Shown one piece after another: positions 25,686-35,840 of a stretch of 64,000 nt of DNA. The stretch comes from an uncultured bacterium (GTDB lineage Bacteria; Chlamydiota; Chlamydiia; Chlamydiales; CAZBXE01): positions 3,707 through 67,706 of the forward strand of contig CAZBXE010000004.1 of the NCBI GenBank assembly GCA_964496125.1, written 5' to 3'. The notes below the pieces were generated by a model that saw nothing but the letters and a program-made list of their open reading frames with translations, ran no database searches and was not told the origin of the DNA. Positions within the stretch are counted from its first letter, which is position 1; each line of letters opens with the position of its first letter. The translations under genes and the position numbers were made by a program.

Positions 25686-27836
25686 TTAAAAAAATTTATG
25701 ATTCTTGTAGAACTCTTTCATCTTGATAGAGATGTTTTCACCCGTGTCAATAAGGATGTTGTTGCTAGGAAGGCTGCTTAAAAAATGCTTTCCATAGTTT
25801 CGTGTGATCAGGCGAGAGTCTAGGCAGAGAAAGCAGCCCCGATCTGATTTATGACGGATGAGTCTACCAAACCCTTGCTTAAATTTTAAGGTAGCAAGAG
25901 GGATGGCGTAGTGTTGGAATGGGTTTTTCCCTTCTGCTTGCAGTGCTTCTGCTCTTGCTTCTAAAAGAGGGTCCGTGGGGACGCGAAAGGGAAGCTTTAC
26001 GATGATTACACAGCGAAGAGCTTGTCCTACTACATCTACCCCCTCCCAGAAAGAATCAGTTGCAAAAAGGATGCCGTTTTTTGTTTTGCGAAAGCTCTCT
26101 ACAATCTCTGCTCTATCTGCATCTCCTTGTTTAAAAAGGGTAAATCGCTCTTTTTCTATCCGTGGTAAAAGTGCAGCATAGCACCTAAGGAGCATGCTAT
26201 AAGAAGTAAAGAGGATAAAAGCGCCGCCTCGACTTGTCCTTAGTGCCATCCATATCTTTTCTACTGCCTCTTGCTCAAAGTTTGGATGGTCCGGCGCTGG
26301 CATATCACTAGGTACCGCAAGAAGTGCTTGCTTTTGGTAGTGGAAGGGAGAAGGGTAGATTTTTTCTATCACAGTACGACTACACTTTTCTGGTGTAAGG
26401 CCCAGTCTTTCCCGCAAAAAACGGAATTTTTTATGAGTCGTCATAGTAGCACTTGTAAGTATGATCGTAGAATACTTAGAAAAAAGAAGCTCTGCAAGGT
26501 GATGGGAAATGTCAAGCTCTGCATCGGTTAGCGTAATATTGTTTGCTGTCACCATTTTTTGCTTTTCCATCCATTTGACTCTTCCTGCCTCAGGCTTTTC
26601 ATCCAGTATTTTTGCAAGGTGGCTAGCTGCTTTATCAAGTTTTGTAGAAGCTGCCCGAATTTCGAGGCGGATCCCCTCCGTTTTTTCGATGGCGTTTTTA
26701 CTAGGAAGCCTTTCCACTTGTTGATTGAGCAGGTGAATTGTGGAGTGAAACTCTTGTAAAGCTTGGATAAGAAGGGTTGCAGCAGGGATAATCTCCTCCG
26801 TCCAACTAAGGACTTTGGCTACTTGGGGCAATAGCCTCAGTTTGGCCTCCATCTCTTGGTTGACTGTGCCCACAAACCTTTCAAAGGCATCAAAGGCACT
26901 TTTGTGGGCATCGAGAAGCTTTCTTTTTTCTAAGGGGATGGTGAGCGTTAAAAGATGCATAAGTTCGGCAAGGTCTACTTGTGAAAACTCAGGGTCATGG
27001 GCAGCGCATTCTTGTAATCTTTTTCTAAGCGATGTAAGTTTTCCCATTCTTTCGGAGGCAAGGCGTGTGATTGTTTTCAGCAGGTCAAACCGGCTAGCTT
27101 TTGAGGCAAAATACTCTGTTGCTATGTCTTCAATATGGTGGGCCTCATCCAGAATGATTTTTTCGTACGGGGGCAAAAGGGTCCCGTCGTTTGCTATGTC
27201 TGCAAAAAAAAGGTTGTGGTTAGCAATGATGATTTTTGCATTTTCTGCTTCTTTGCGTGCTTTAAAGAAAAAGCACTCTTTGTAAAAGGGACATCTTTTC
27301 CCATTGCAGGAGTCCGATTCACAACAAACCCTCTCCCACGTTTTCTCCGAAGGGGTAAAGGGAAGATCGGTTTTTGACCCTGAGAGGGCTCCTGCTTGCC
27401 AGGCAACAATTTTTTCAAATTGGTCCTTTTCTTCTTCAGGTAGAGCCGCTAGCTCCATCTCACTATCTTTCAGTTTTCGTTTGCAGAGGTAGTTGTACAT
27501 CCCCTTGGCAATCACAACCTTGACGTCGAGGTTTAAGGCTTTTTGAAGTTCTGGTAAGTCTTTATGGAAGAGTTGTTCTTGTAAGTTAATGGTTCTTGTG
27601 GAAATCAGAACCTTCCCTTGGCATTTTGTCGCAAAAAGAAGAGCCGGTATGAGGTAGGCCATGCTCTTGCCCGTTCCTGTCCCTGCCTCGATGAGTGCAA
27701 TTTCTCCTTCATTAAAGGCAGAAACTACATCCTGAAGCATTTCCTTTTGCTCTTGTCTAGATTCAAACCCTTTGATCGCAAGGCTTAAAGCCCCTCCCGG
27801 CTCGAGGAGGGAGAGAACTTCTCCTGGCTTAAGCAC
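25686..27836 (-). CDS. dinG: ATP-dependent DNA helicase DinG (XPD/Rad3 family, Fe-S type)
   Basis: 716 aa. Motifs EAGTGTGKS and DEAHH, plus a cysteine cluster (CCESDSCNGKRCPFYKEC). A GTG start lies 1 nt after the rpoD stop. Confidence 0.9.
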   Translation of the reverse strand: MLKPGEVLSLLEPGGALSLAIKGFESRQEQKEMLQDVVSAFNEGEIALIEAGTGTGKSMAYLIPALLFATKCQGKVLISTRTINLQEQLFHKDLPELQKALNLDVKVVIAKGMYNYLCKRKLKDSEMELAALPEEEKDQFEKIVAWQAGALSGSKTDLPFTPSEKTWERVCCESDSCNGKRCPFYKECFFFKARKEAENAKIIIANHNLFFADIANDGTLLPPYEKIILDEAHHIEDIATEYFASKASRFDLLKTITRLASERMGKLTSLRKRLQECAAHDPEFSQVDLAELMHLLTLTIPLEKRKLLDAHKSAFDAFERFVGTVNQEMEAKLRLLPQVAKVLSWTEEIIPAATLLIQALQEFHSTIHLLNQQVERLPSKNAIEKTEGIRLEIRAASTKLDKAASHLAKILDEKPEAGRVKWMEKQKMVTANNITLTDAELDISHHLAELLFSKYSTIILTSATMTTHKKFRFLRERLGLTPEKCSRTVIEKIYPSPFHYQKQALLAVPSDMPAPDHPNFEQEAVEKIWMALRTSRGGAFILFTSYSMLLRCYAALLPRIEKERFTLFKQGDADRAEIVESFRKTKNGILFATDSFWEGVDVVGQALRCVIIVKLPFRVPTDPLLEARAEALQAEGKNPFQHYAIPLATLKFKQGFGRLIRHKSDRGCFLCLDSRLITRNYGKHFLSSLPSNNILIDTGENISIKMKEFYKNHKFF

Positions 27837-27837
27837 T

Positions 27838-29505
27838 CTATTCTTCCGATTCTAGAAGGTCGAGAAATGCTCTTAGTTGTTTAGACCGTGTGGGGTGGCG
27901 CATTTTACGAAGTGCTTTTGCCTCGATTTGGCGGATGCGTTCCCTTGTCACATTGAATTCGACACCTACTTCTTCAAGCGTTTTGGGTTTGCCATCTTGG
28001 AGACCAAATCTCTGGATGAGCACCTTGCGCTCTCTATCGGTGAGAGTTTCAAGCACCTCATGCATTTTATCCTTAAGGATAGAATACCCTGTCGCTTCGG
28101 CAGGAGAGTCAACCGCTGTATCTTCCAAGAAGTCCCCAAATTGGCTCTCCCCGCCATCTCCCACCTCTGCTTGGAGGGAGATGGGGTGTTGGGCAATTTT
28201 ATAAATTTCACGAACGCGCTCGGGTGTGATTCCAAGTTCTTGTGCTAGCTCCTCTGGTGTTGGCTCACGACCTGTTTCCATCATGAGCTTTTTTGCTCCT
28301 CTCAGCACCTTGTTGATCGTTTCGATCATATGGACGGGGATACGGATGGTACGCGCCTGATCAGCAATTGCCCTTGTGACCGCTTGCCTAATCCACCAGG
28401 TAGCATAGGTTGAGAATTTATAGCCGCGTCGGTATTCAAACTTTTCAACAGCCTTCATCAGGCCCATATTGCCTTCTTGGATCAAGTCGAGGAAGGAAAG
28501 GCCCCTATTCGTGTATTTTTTTGCAATCGAGATCACAAGGCGCAGGTTTGACTCTACCATCTCTCTTTTGGCTTCTTGGCTCTTATCCATCCAGCGTTGC
28601 AGCATGCGGACGTCCTTTTTAAAGTCATCCAGGCTCCTGCCAGCAGCAAGTTCTTTCTTGCGCAGCTTTCTTTCAGCGGCTTTCAGTTTGGCCAAAGCAA
28701 ACTTGTTGCGTTCTGCTCTTGGCTGCAGCTCTCGGATCTCTTTTTCTAGCTCTAAAAAGCGATCGTAAGAGCGTAGAATGAGTTCGCCGAAGTCTTCAAT
28801 GATATTATGACGGAAGTGAAATTGACGAAGATATGCCTGGGTGCGGATGCGGCATTTTTCCAAGTCCTCGCTGAGCTTTACTTCGGAACCTTTCTTTTTC
28901 TTGGGATCGGCAAGCTGGTTGAGCAGATCCTCTAAGATTACATCTTCTTCTTGCAGAAGGCCACAGAGCTTGGGGAGTAGGTGCAAGAATGCCTGCTTGT
29001 TCGTTATTTCTTTTTCAGTGATCGACTTGTCAAATCTTTCCTTTCCAGAAGTGAGATATTGAGAAATAGAAATAGCCTCATGTACGCAGTAGCGAAAGCG
29101 CATGATGATCCTTTCCAGCTGTACCTGCGCCTTTTCGATCCGTTTGGAGATTTCCACCTCTTCTTCACGAGTCAAGAGGGGAACGGAGCCCATTTCCTTG
29201 AGGTACATCCGCACCGGGTCATCAGGTGTGCCTTCCGATCTTTTTGGAAGACCTTCCAGCTCCTTGGCTTCTTTCTTTCTCTCCTTTTGTCTCTCCACCT
29301 CTGACTGGTTTAAAACCTGAATATCCATTCCGCTCAAAAAGATCAGAATTTGGTCGATCTGGTCGGGTGAGTCAAGACTCATCGGGAGAATTTCGTTGAT
29401 CTCCTCATATGTAATGTAGCCCTGATCTTTGGCAACGGCGATGAGTTCGTCAATTTTTTGCTGTTGTTGGTCGGTGAATGTGTTATTCTGATTCGTCTTG
29501 CTCAT
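27838..29505 (-). CDS. rpoD: Primary RNA polymerase sigma factor RpoD (sigma-66 type)
   Basis: 555 aa. Region 2 ([19 protein letters not shown]), region 3 and region 4 ([29 protein letters not shown]) are all present. Confidence 0.95.
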   Translation of the reverse strand: MSKTNQNNTFTDQQQQKIDELIAVAKDQGYITYEEINEILPMSLDSPDQIDQILIFLSGMDIQVLNQSEVERQKERKKEAKELEGLPKRSEGTPDDPVRMYLKEMGSVPLLTREEEVEISKRIEKAQVQLERIIMRFRYCVHEAISISQYLTSGKERFDKSITEKEITNKQAFLHLLPKLCGLLQEEDVILEDLLNQLADPKKKKGSEVKLSEDLEKCRIRTQAYLRQFHFRHNIIEDFGELILRSYDRFLELEKEIRELQPRAERNKFALAKLKAAERKLRKKELAAGRSLDDFKKDVRMLQRWMDKSQEAKREMVESNLRLVISIAKKYTNRGLSFLDLIQEGNMGLMKAVEKFEYRRGYKFSTYATWWIRQAVTRAIADQARTIRIPVHMIETINKVLRGAKKLMMETGREPTPEELAQELGITPERVREIYKIAQHPISLQAEVGDGGESQFGDFLEDTAVDSPAEATGYSILKDKMHEVLETLTDRERKVLIQRFGLQDGKPKTLEEVGVEFNVTRERIRQIEAKALRKMRHPTRSKQLRAFLDLLESEE

Positions 29506-29651
29506 GCCTTCCTTGGAATGGGTTTTATGGGGGAAAAATTAGCCACGAGTAAAGTTTGTAAATTAGTAGATAATACGTCAATCAAAAAGAGCAGAATTTT
29601 AATGAAAATTGCTGTTTTTGTCATCGGTAAAGTCACAAAACGGAGAGTCTT

Positions 29652-30521
29652 ATGCAACTTTTAGCTCACGATGAATGGGGACAGCCCGTGGCTGTGACGC
29701 AGGCTTATCGGCAAAAAGACTATTTTTGCATGGAATGTAGAGGCACGCTCAGGGTGCGAGGCGGTGACTTTACATGCATGCACTATTTCCACGTGGAGGC
29801 TCCCAAGACTTGTAAGCTTCATAATAAATCTTTGACGCATCTCGAAGTGCAAAAGCAGCTGCGGCGTCTCTTACCAAGAGGGGAAACGCAAATGGAGCAT
29901 CGCTTCCCCACACTATCCCGGATTGCGGACCTTGTTTGGCTACCTCAAAAAATTGTCTTCGAAATACAGTGCTCTTTCATTGCAGCAAGTGAGGTAGAGA
30001 GTAGAAATCATGATTATAAAAGAGAGGGATACACTGTAGTATGGATTTTACATGACGAGCGATTCAACACCTTCCGCCACTCAGGCGCCGAGTTTGCACT
30101 TATCTCCGCCCCGCACTATTTTACCAATATCACCTGCAAAAAAGGGGGGATATTCTACGATCAATTTGACGTCTGCCAGGACGGGATACGGAAGGAGAAG
30201 CTCTCTCCCCTACAGATTGATCCTCGCAAGCTTAAGAAGATGGAAAGGTTGAGTTCATCGTCTTGTCCCTCTTACATCGAGCAAAGGGTGGCCTCCTGGC
30301 CCATTTTTTTTGAGGGGGATTTGGTAGACCTCTGGAAAAAAGAGGCAAATTCTCTCTTTCGATCTGCCTATTTTGAAGAGGTATTGAAGCTAGAAGCTAA
30401 ATATCCAAAACCTGCGCCCGAGAGGAAGCTCCTCACCGGGCTAAAAAGGTTTTGGAATCGCACTCTTAGAAATCTCTATCACGAGATTTTGCAAATCTTT
30501 TTGGGGCTTCATTCGGGTTGA
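29652..30521 (+). CDS. CoiA-like competence family protein (putative nuclease)
   Basis: 289 aa. N-terminal zinc-ribbon-like YFCMECRG...HYFHV, followed by IADLVWLPQKIVFEIQCS, which resembles the CoiA D...E-x-Q nuclease core. Assignment is from memory. Confidence 0.55.
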   Translation: MQLLAHDEWGQPVAVTQAYRQKDYFCMECRGTLRVRGGDFTCMHYFHVEAPKTCKLHNKSLTHLEVQKQLRRLLPRGETQMEHRFPTLSRIADLVWLPQKIVFEIQCSFIAASEVESRNHDYKREGYTVVWILHDERFNTFRHSGAEFALISAPHYFTNITCKKGGIFYDQFDVCQDGIRKEKLSPLQIDPRKLKKMERLSSSSCPSYIEQRVASWPIFFEGDLVDLWKKEANSLFRSAYFEEVLKLEAKYPKPAPERKLLTGLKRFWNRTLRNLYHEILQIFLGLHSG

Positions 30522-32130
30522 AGCCTGACCTTGTCTTAAAGGTTTTTCTCCCCTCTTCTTGCCTCTCTCTTGGAAAAGGTTTTCCAAAAGTTTTTCTCCC
30601 TTCAAAACGGCTTGTCTTCTCTCTCTCGTGGAAAGGTTTTTCTTGACGGGGGCTAAAGGAACCTTTATTAAAGGAAGATGGCTCCCTTTCCTTATTTCGG
30701 AAAGGGGAAAAAGGGCGTTTTTCCCTTTTTTGAAAAGGAGCTTCCGATTCTCGGAAGGAGTCGAAGACTTTTCCTCTCGGTTTCTTGTCGCTGAAGGTTT
30801 CTTCACTGAGAGCTGCTTCGTTAAAGGATGAGTCGTGTTGTGGCCTTTGGAAAGGCCTTCTTTCTTCACGGAAGGGTTTAAAACTGCGTCCTTCCCCCTG
30901 CGAAGAGCGTTTAAAACGACCTTGCTGACCACCTCTCGGAGCGCCTCGGCCTTGTCTGCGTTCATTGCCTCGACTGCCTTTCGTTTCGGAGAAATGACAC
31001 TCCATTCCTGGTATCGTGAACTGTTCTACTTTTTGGCCAGTATAAGCTTCAATCTTTTTCAGTGTGCCGATATCCTTTTGCGTAACAAACGTGATCGAAG
31101 AGCCTTTCTTGCCAGCACGCCCTGTTCTTCCGATTCTATGTACATAGTCTTCTACGTTAGTTGGCAAGTCGAAGTTTACAACGTGCGTGATCGAGGAGAT
31201 ATCGATACCGCGTGCAGCTACATCCGTTGCGACGAGGACCCGTACTCGTTCCTGCCTGAGCCTTGCCACGACCTTGTTTCGCTTACTCTGGTTCATGTCA
31301 CCATGTAAGGCCACGGCATTGTGCCCAGATTCGTTTAACTTGTCCGTCAGCTCTTCGGCATATGATTTTGTGGCGGTGAATACAATCACTTGGCTCATCT
31401 CTTCGTCTTCCAAGAGGGCGTTTAAAAGGTCATTTTTGCCGCTTAGGTTTTGTGCGTAATGGAATTTCTGCTCAATGTTTTCGTTTGTGCCCTTCTCTTC
31501 TTCTACTTTAATTTGCTTTGGATTTTTCAGAAGACCAGAAGATAGTTTAAGAATGCTTCCCTTCAGTGTGGCAGAAAAAAGAAGAGTTTGCCTCTCTTCG
31601 GGCAGCTGGGAGGAGATATCTTTGACAGCATCGATAAAGCCCATATCAAGCATTCTGTCAGCTTCGTCTAAAATGAAAATTTCAATTTGTGAAAGGTCAA
31701 TCTTCCCTTGCTCCATATGGTCCATGAGGCGACCGGGTGTGGCTACGAGGAGGTCGTAGGGCTTTGCAAGCTTTCTTTTTTGGACGGGATAAGGCTCACC
31801 ACCATAGATGCATATCGTTTTAATTCTTGGTAGATGCTTGCTGTACTTAGCTGCTTGTGAGGCAACTTGCATCGCCAGCTCTCTTGTTGGTGCTAAGATA
31901 AGCGCTCTTGGTCCGTGCCATTTTTCTTTAGTTCGGGCGGCAAGGAGATTTAAAGTAGGGAGAATGAATGCTGCCGTTTTTCCTGTTCCAGTTTGCGCAG
32001 AGGCTTGAAGATCTCGCCCTTCTAAAATGTGGGGAATCGCTTCGTCTTGGATAGGGGTGGGATGGTTGTAGCCTGACTCTTCAACTGCTCTCAGGAGTTC
32101 CGGTTGAAGATTAAATTTTTTGAATGCCAT
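30466..32130 (-). CDS. DEAD-box ATP-dependent RNA helicase with a basic (K/R)PF-repeat C-terminal tail
   Basis: 554 aa. Q motif, AQTGTGKTAAF, DEAD, SAT and HRIGRTGRAG are present. The C-terminal ~170 aa is Arg/Lys/Phe-rich low complexity. Confidence 0.9.
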   Translation of the reverse strand: MAFKKFNLQPELLRAVEESGYNHPTPIQDEAIPHILEGRDLQASAQTGTGKTAAFILPTLNLLAARTKEKWHGPRALILAPTRELAMQVASQAAKYSKHLPRIKTICIYGGEPYPVQKRKLAKPYDLLVATPGRLMDHMEQGKIDLSQIEIFILDEADRMLDMGFIDAVKDISSQLPEERQTLLFSATLKGSILKLSSGLLKNPKQIKVEEEKGTNENIEQKFHYAQNLSGKNDLLNALLEDEEMSQVIVFTATKSYAEELTDKLNESGHNAVALHGDMNQSKRNKVVARLRQERVRVLVATDVAARGIDISSITHVVNFDLPTNVEDYVHRIGRTGRAGKKGSSITFVTQKDIGTLKKIEAYTGQKVEQFTIPGMECHFSETKGSRGNERRQGRGAPRGGQQGRFKRSSQGEGRSFKPFREERRPFQRPQHDSSFNEAALSEETFSDKKPRGKVFDSFRESEAPFQKREKRPFSPFRNKEREPSSFNKGSFSPRQEKPFHEREKTSRFEGRKTFGKPFPRERQEEGRKTFKTRSGFNPNEAPKRFAKSRDRDF

Positions 32131-32230
32131 GATTTCTCTTTGGGTGTTATGGAAAATGTCCTAATTCAAAAATTCTATCACAAAGTTTTATATTAAAGCT
32201 AATTATTTTTCGTGTTGTTTGATTCTAGGT

Positions 32231-33532
32231 CTAGCTAACGGGGTAGAGAATCCCAACGACGTGGCTACGGAATATGCCGGTTGGAATGGCAGAAAGATGG
32301 CAGAAAACAGCCCTATCTTCCCCTGACTTTGTCCTGAAGAAAAGTTGGACTTTTGTCTCTTGTTTTTCAGCTGCGCGGGATAGAGCCATACGCCAATCGG
32401 CCATCCCATCTCGGAGAATATGGGGAAAGTCGTATATGAATTTATCAGGACCAAATCCTAAAAGGTCCTTAATTTCGTTGTTTACGAACAGGAGCTTGTT
32501 TTCCTTGAGAGAGTAGAGAAGGATAGGAAAGGAGCTTTCACCCCGAAAATTGTCAAAAAGGCGCCTTAGCTCGAGGGCGTGGTTGTCGGCAGATAGCTCT
32601 TGGAACCGGGAGGTGGGGCTGGCAAAGTGGCTCCCTCCCGTGATTTTTTGAGCGATATCAATACATCTCTTAAGTTCCAGGGAGGCGTCTTGCCCTTTAG
32701 AGAGTCTAATGTCATTTTTGACTGAGAAGGGGACGGATGGGAGGGGGCTTTGTAAGGTGTGCTGTACAGGGATCGAATATTGTCTGGGGATAGGGAATTC
32801 TGCCTCTTTCGGGATCGGTTCGATCAAGGTCACGGGGGGCAGAGGCTCTACATATTGGTTCACTTCGACAAGAGTCTTGATTTCATAGCGCAGGTCTTTT
32901 ACTTCCGCTTCCAGATCGGAGACCATTTGCTGTTTTCTTTGGATAACCTCTCTTTGTTCCCGGATGGTTTTTTGGTATTCCTCCAAGAAGATGCTCTTTT
33001 CATCTAGTTTTTCTTGGGAATTCTGCCTTTCAGCAAGCCTTTCCCTTCTTAAGCTTTCAATCTCTTGGAGCAGTTGTCTTTTTTCCCACTCCAAAGAGTC
33101 TCGGTCTCCTGTTTCAGGGGGGGGCTCTGGCATCACTTCAAGGAAAAATGTACCCCTTGGAAATGTTTTGACTCTCTCAAGAATATCTAAAAATCCACCT
33201 ATAGATTGTTCTTCTAACCAGGAATGCCTTTTCGTAGCTTCAAGAGCGTAGAGGCCTTCTGCCGCAGTGATAGGGGAGCTTAAGGTGGGGGGAGGGAGTG
33301 CTTGTTGCTTTGGTTTTGTGGCATGTACACCTTTTTCCCACACCCTAAGGGTAAGAAATAAAGCGCTAAAGCCAAGAGAGGAAAGTGCAATGGCTGTAAG
33401 AACAAAAGGCAATCGTTCGCTTAGAACCATGTTTTTTGCGGCCAAAATGCAAAAAAATCCCATGGGAAGAAGATAGCTGAGACCGATTGAAAAAAGCGTG
33501 ATTTGCCGCAGGCTGACAGCGTTTTTTCTCAT
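32231..33532 (-). CDS. Membrane-anchored coiled-coil protein with a C-terminal PAS-like domain
   Basis: 433 aa with two N-terminal TM helices and a central heptad-rich region (EIESLRRERLAERQ..., DLEAEVKDLRYEIKTL). The C-terminal ~110 aa has a PAS-like pattern (LLFVNNEIKDLLGFGPDKF...VFCHLSAIPTG). Confidence 0.5.
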   Translation of the reverse strand: MRKNAVSLRQITLFSIGLSYLLPMGFFCILAAKNMVLSERLPFVLTAIALSSLGFSALFLTLRVWEKGVHATKPKQQALPPPTLSSPITAAEGLYALEATKRHSWLEEQSIGGFLDILERVKTFPRGTFFLEVMPEPPPETGDRDSLEWEKRQLLQEIESLRRERLAERQNSQEKLDEKSIFLEEYQKTIREQREVIQRKQQMVSDLEAEVKDLRYEIKTLVEVNQYVEPLPPVTLIEPIPKEAEFPIPRQYSIPVQHTLQSPLPSVPFSVKNDIRLSKGQDASLELKRCIDIAQKITGGSHFASPTSRFQELSADNHALELRRLFDNFRGESSFPILLYSLKENKLLFVNNEIKDLLGFGPDKFIYDFPHILRDGMADWRMALSRAAEKQETKVQLFFRTKSGEDRAVFCHLSAIPTGIFRSHVVGILYPVS

Positions 33533-33594
33533 GAGAGAGTAACTATAACCCCATTTTTAGAACACATTTGAATAGTACCACAGGGAGTCTGTTT

Positions 33595-34494
33595 TTACGC
33601 AATTTTTTTCGGTTGAAGATGAATTTGGATAGAGCTGACGGTTAGGTTTGCTCTTCTTGGGTTTTGAGCGGTTACTGGCTCAATGCAAACAAAAGATGCG
33701 CCCTTAGGATGGTAAAGCTGCCACCCGTTTTCCTGGGAGGGGCTTGTATAGGTAGTAATGAGCTGATGTTTTCCAGTCTCGAGGATAATTTTTGCAGATA
33801 GGGGGTCTGGATAGGGGTGGAAGGTAAAATCGGCGTCATTTTCAAGATTAAAAGAAAGCGTGTGATCATCAGTTTGGTTCCAATCGGGAGGGATTGTTTT
33901 TTGTTCCAGTAGAGCGTAGTACTTTTTCTGCACTTGAGAGGTAACGGTCCCTTTGCCTCCTTCGAGGGCATAGTAGTAGTGAATACCTGCAATCGAATCT
34001 TTTTCGCTCACGCATGAAAGAGAAATTTTAAGACCATCGGGGTCTAATTTCGCATCCATGCGCATGTTAAAAGACATCCCCTCCAGCTGTGAAAGGGGTA
34101 CATCGTTCCAGGTATCTTTTCCGGCAAGGTAGGCGGAGATAAAAGTGTCTGTGGATTTTGTTTTCCAGGGAGCAAAGCGCCCTATGCCATGGGGAAAGGG
34201 GTCTTGGATCCCTTTTTTCTCGAGAATGGCTATGTGGGGGAAGCGTTCCTTGTTTGGCAAGGGAGGCAAAATAGCAGGATTTCGCCTGTAAAAATGGGGG
34301 CCGATCAGGGGACCTAGTCCTGCCCGTCTTTCTTCAAATTCAGGCCTTGTGCTTTGGTCGAGGATTTCTAAATCATCTAGCCTAAAACTGACGAGGGCCA
34401 TCCCTTTGTCAGGCAAGAAAACAGCTTGTAGGGACTCTCCTAAAGGTGTTTTATTGGAAAGTTCTATTCGTTTGTCTTCCGACATAAAGTCCAA
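33595..34494 (-). CDS. Aldose 1-epimerase (galactose mutarotase-like) family protein
   Basis: 299 aa. Contains PHGIGRFAPW and FVCIEP, which are typical of the mutarotase-like fold family. Confidence 0.55.
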   Translation of the reverse strand: MDFMSEDKRIELSNKTPLGESLQAVFLPDKGMALVSFRLDDLEILDQSTRPEFEERRAGLGPLIGPHFYRRNPAILPPLPNKERFPHIAILEKKGIQDPFPHGIGRFAPWKTKSTDTFISAYLAGKDTWNDVPLSQLEGMSFNMRMDAKLDPDGLKISLSCVSEKDSIAGIHYYYALEGGKGTVTSQVQKKYYALLEQKTIPPDWNQTDDHTLSFNLENDADFTFHPYPDPLSAKIILETGKHQLITTYTSPSQENGWQLYHPKGASFVCIEPVTAQNPRRANLTVSSIQIHLQPKKIA

Positions 34495-34912
34495 GTCCTA
34501 AGAAATAAAGCAGTAAAAGTAGCAGCAAGCAGCTTGTGGCTGATTCTTTAACGGGAAAGTGTTTTTGTAAAGCGGAAACTTGCGGATGTTTGGGATCGAA
34601 GTAGATTCGTTGGGGCTTTTTCGTAAGTGAGGCAAGTTCGATTTCCACCCCTTTTGCACTGCGCGCATGGTGCTCTTTTGCTTGATCTTGTCCTTGATAC
34701 GTGTGCCCTTTGTAGACAAAGGTATAGGTTGCAAGAGGGGCAAAGTGCTCCTCTGTGATTTCTTCTACGCCCCAAACAATAGAGGCAGGCTTTGTGGAGA
34801 GAGCGAGTTTGTTATACTGGATCAGTGAGACTGAAGCTCTTCCTAGGGAGAAAAGGGTTCCCAATGTGAGGAGGAGTAGAAAGAAGAGCCATATTTTGTT
34901 CTTATGCATCAT
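34451..34912 (-). CDS. DUF3592-like membrane protein
   Basis: TM helix, beta-rich core, then TM helix, with YTFVYKGHTYQG...IYFDPKHPQVSAL. The track start (35005) is trimmed to the MMHKNK start because the longer form overlaps the upstream gene by 104 nt. Confidence 0.5.
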   Translation of the reverse strand: MMHKNKIWLFFLLLLTLGTLFSLGRASVSLIQYNKLALSTKPASIVWGVEEITEEHFAPLATYTFVYKGHTYQGQDQAKEHHARSAKGVEIELASLTKKPQRIYFDPKHPQVSALQKHFPVKESATSCLLLLLLLYFLGLGLYVGRQTNRTFQ

Positions 34913-35753
34913 CCCTTTCTTGATAACGGAAAACTTTTTGAAAAGAAAGGGGTACATCTGATGTAAAAGACATTTTTTTCTTTGTAATGGGGTGGTCAAA
35001 GACAAGCCTAAAAGCGTGGAGACCTAGCCTGTGGAGGGGGTTTGAAGTAGCGCCATATAGCTTATCGCCAACGACGGGGTTTCCTGATTCTTTGCAGTGC
35101 ACGCGGATTTGGTGCTTCTTCCCAGTTTCAAGAGATAATTTGAGAAGAGAATATTTTTTTGAGGTCTTGAGGAGTGTGAAATGCGTGACAGCTCTCTTGC
35201 CAACAAGGGGGTCATCCGTTGTGTGCACTTTGTAGTTTTTATCCTCTACTAGGTAGCTTTCCCAGGTACCGGCTTTTTCATGGACCCTTCCCTCGACGAT
35301 CGCTAGATATTCCCTTGTGATCGCGTGCGCTGCAAATGTCTCTTTGAGCACTTCCTTTGCTTCGTCTGAAAGGGCAAAGAGAAGGATGCCCGAGGTTCCC
35401 TGGTCGAGCCGGTGCACGGGGAAGACCCTTTTACCGGGGAAGCGGTCTTTGAGGGCCTGATGGAGCGTTTCCACTTTGGTAAAATGGGTGGCAACCGTTA
35501 GGAGTCCTTCTGGCTTTTCCACAACGGCTATGTGGGGGTCGTGGTAGAGGAGGTTGATGCCTTCGTCCGAGAGGGGCTCTTTCTTTCCTGAGAGGGCTAC
35601 CTTTTGTTTTGGGCCCACCTTCTGCGCAGGGATCGTGACAGGTAGGCCATCGAGGGTGACCCTACCGTTCTTGATCCAGGATCTAAGAGCGGATTTAGAG
35701 GAATCGGGATAGAGTTTTTGAAGGGCATCTAGGAGGGTGGATTCTTCTTGCAT
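34902..35753 (-). CDS. RluA-family pseudouridine synthase with an N-terminal S4 domain
   Basis: 283 aa. Catalytic motif HRLDQGTSGILLFA and an S4-like LRSWIKNGRVTLDG. Confidence 0.85.
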   Translation of the reverse strand: MQEESTLLDALQKLYPDSSKSALRSWIKNGRVTLDGLPVTIPAQKVGPKQKVALSGKKEPLSDEGINLLYHDPHIAVVEKPEGLLTVATHFTKVETLHQALKDRFPGKRVFPVHRLDQGTSGILLFALSDEAKEVLKETFAAHAITREYLAIVEGRVHEKAGTWESYLVEDKNYKVHTTDDPLVGKRAVTHFTLLKTSKKYSLLKLSLETGKKHQIRVHCKESGNPVVGDKLYGATSNPLHRLGLHAFRLVFDHPITKKKMSFTSDVPLSFQKVFRYQERDDA

Positions 35754-35760
35754 GATTCAC

Positions 35761-35789
35761 TTTGACTTAATCTTGGGCTTTCAGTATAG
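35761..35789 (+). promoter_or_regulatory. Candidate rpsT promoter: TTGACT-N17-TATAGT
   Basis: Read directly: -35 at 35761-35766 and -10 at 35784-35789. A GAGGA RBS precedes the ATG at 35841. Confidence 0.5.
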
Positions 35790-35840
35790 TATCTTCTTGA
35801 TATACATGCTATAAAGAAATCCGATTAAGATTGAGGAAAA

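Noticed and set aside
30520-30960. Recurring ggaaagg/ttttcc strings that look like a tandem or CRISPR-like DNA repeat.
   Set aside because: There is no fixed period and no spacer/repeat architecture. The pattern is explained by the (K/R)PF-rich coding tail of the DEAD-box helicase on the minus strand.
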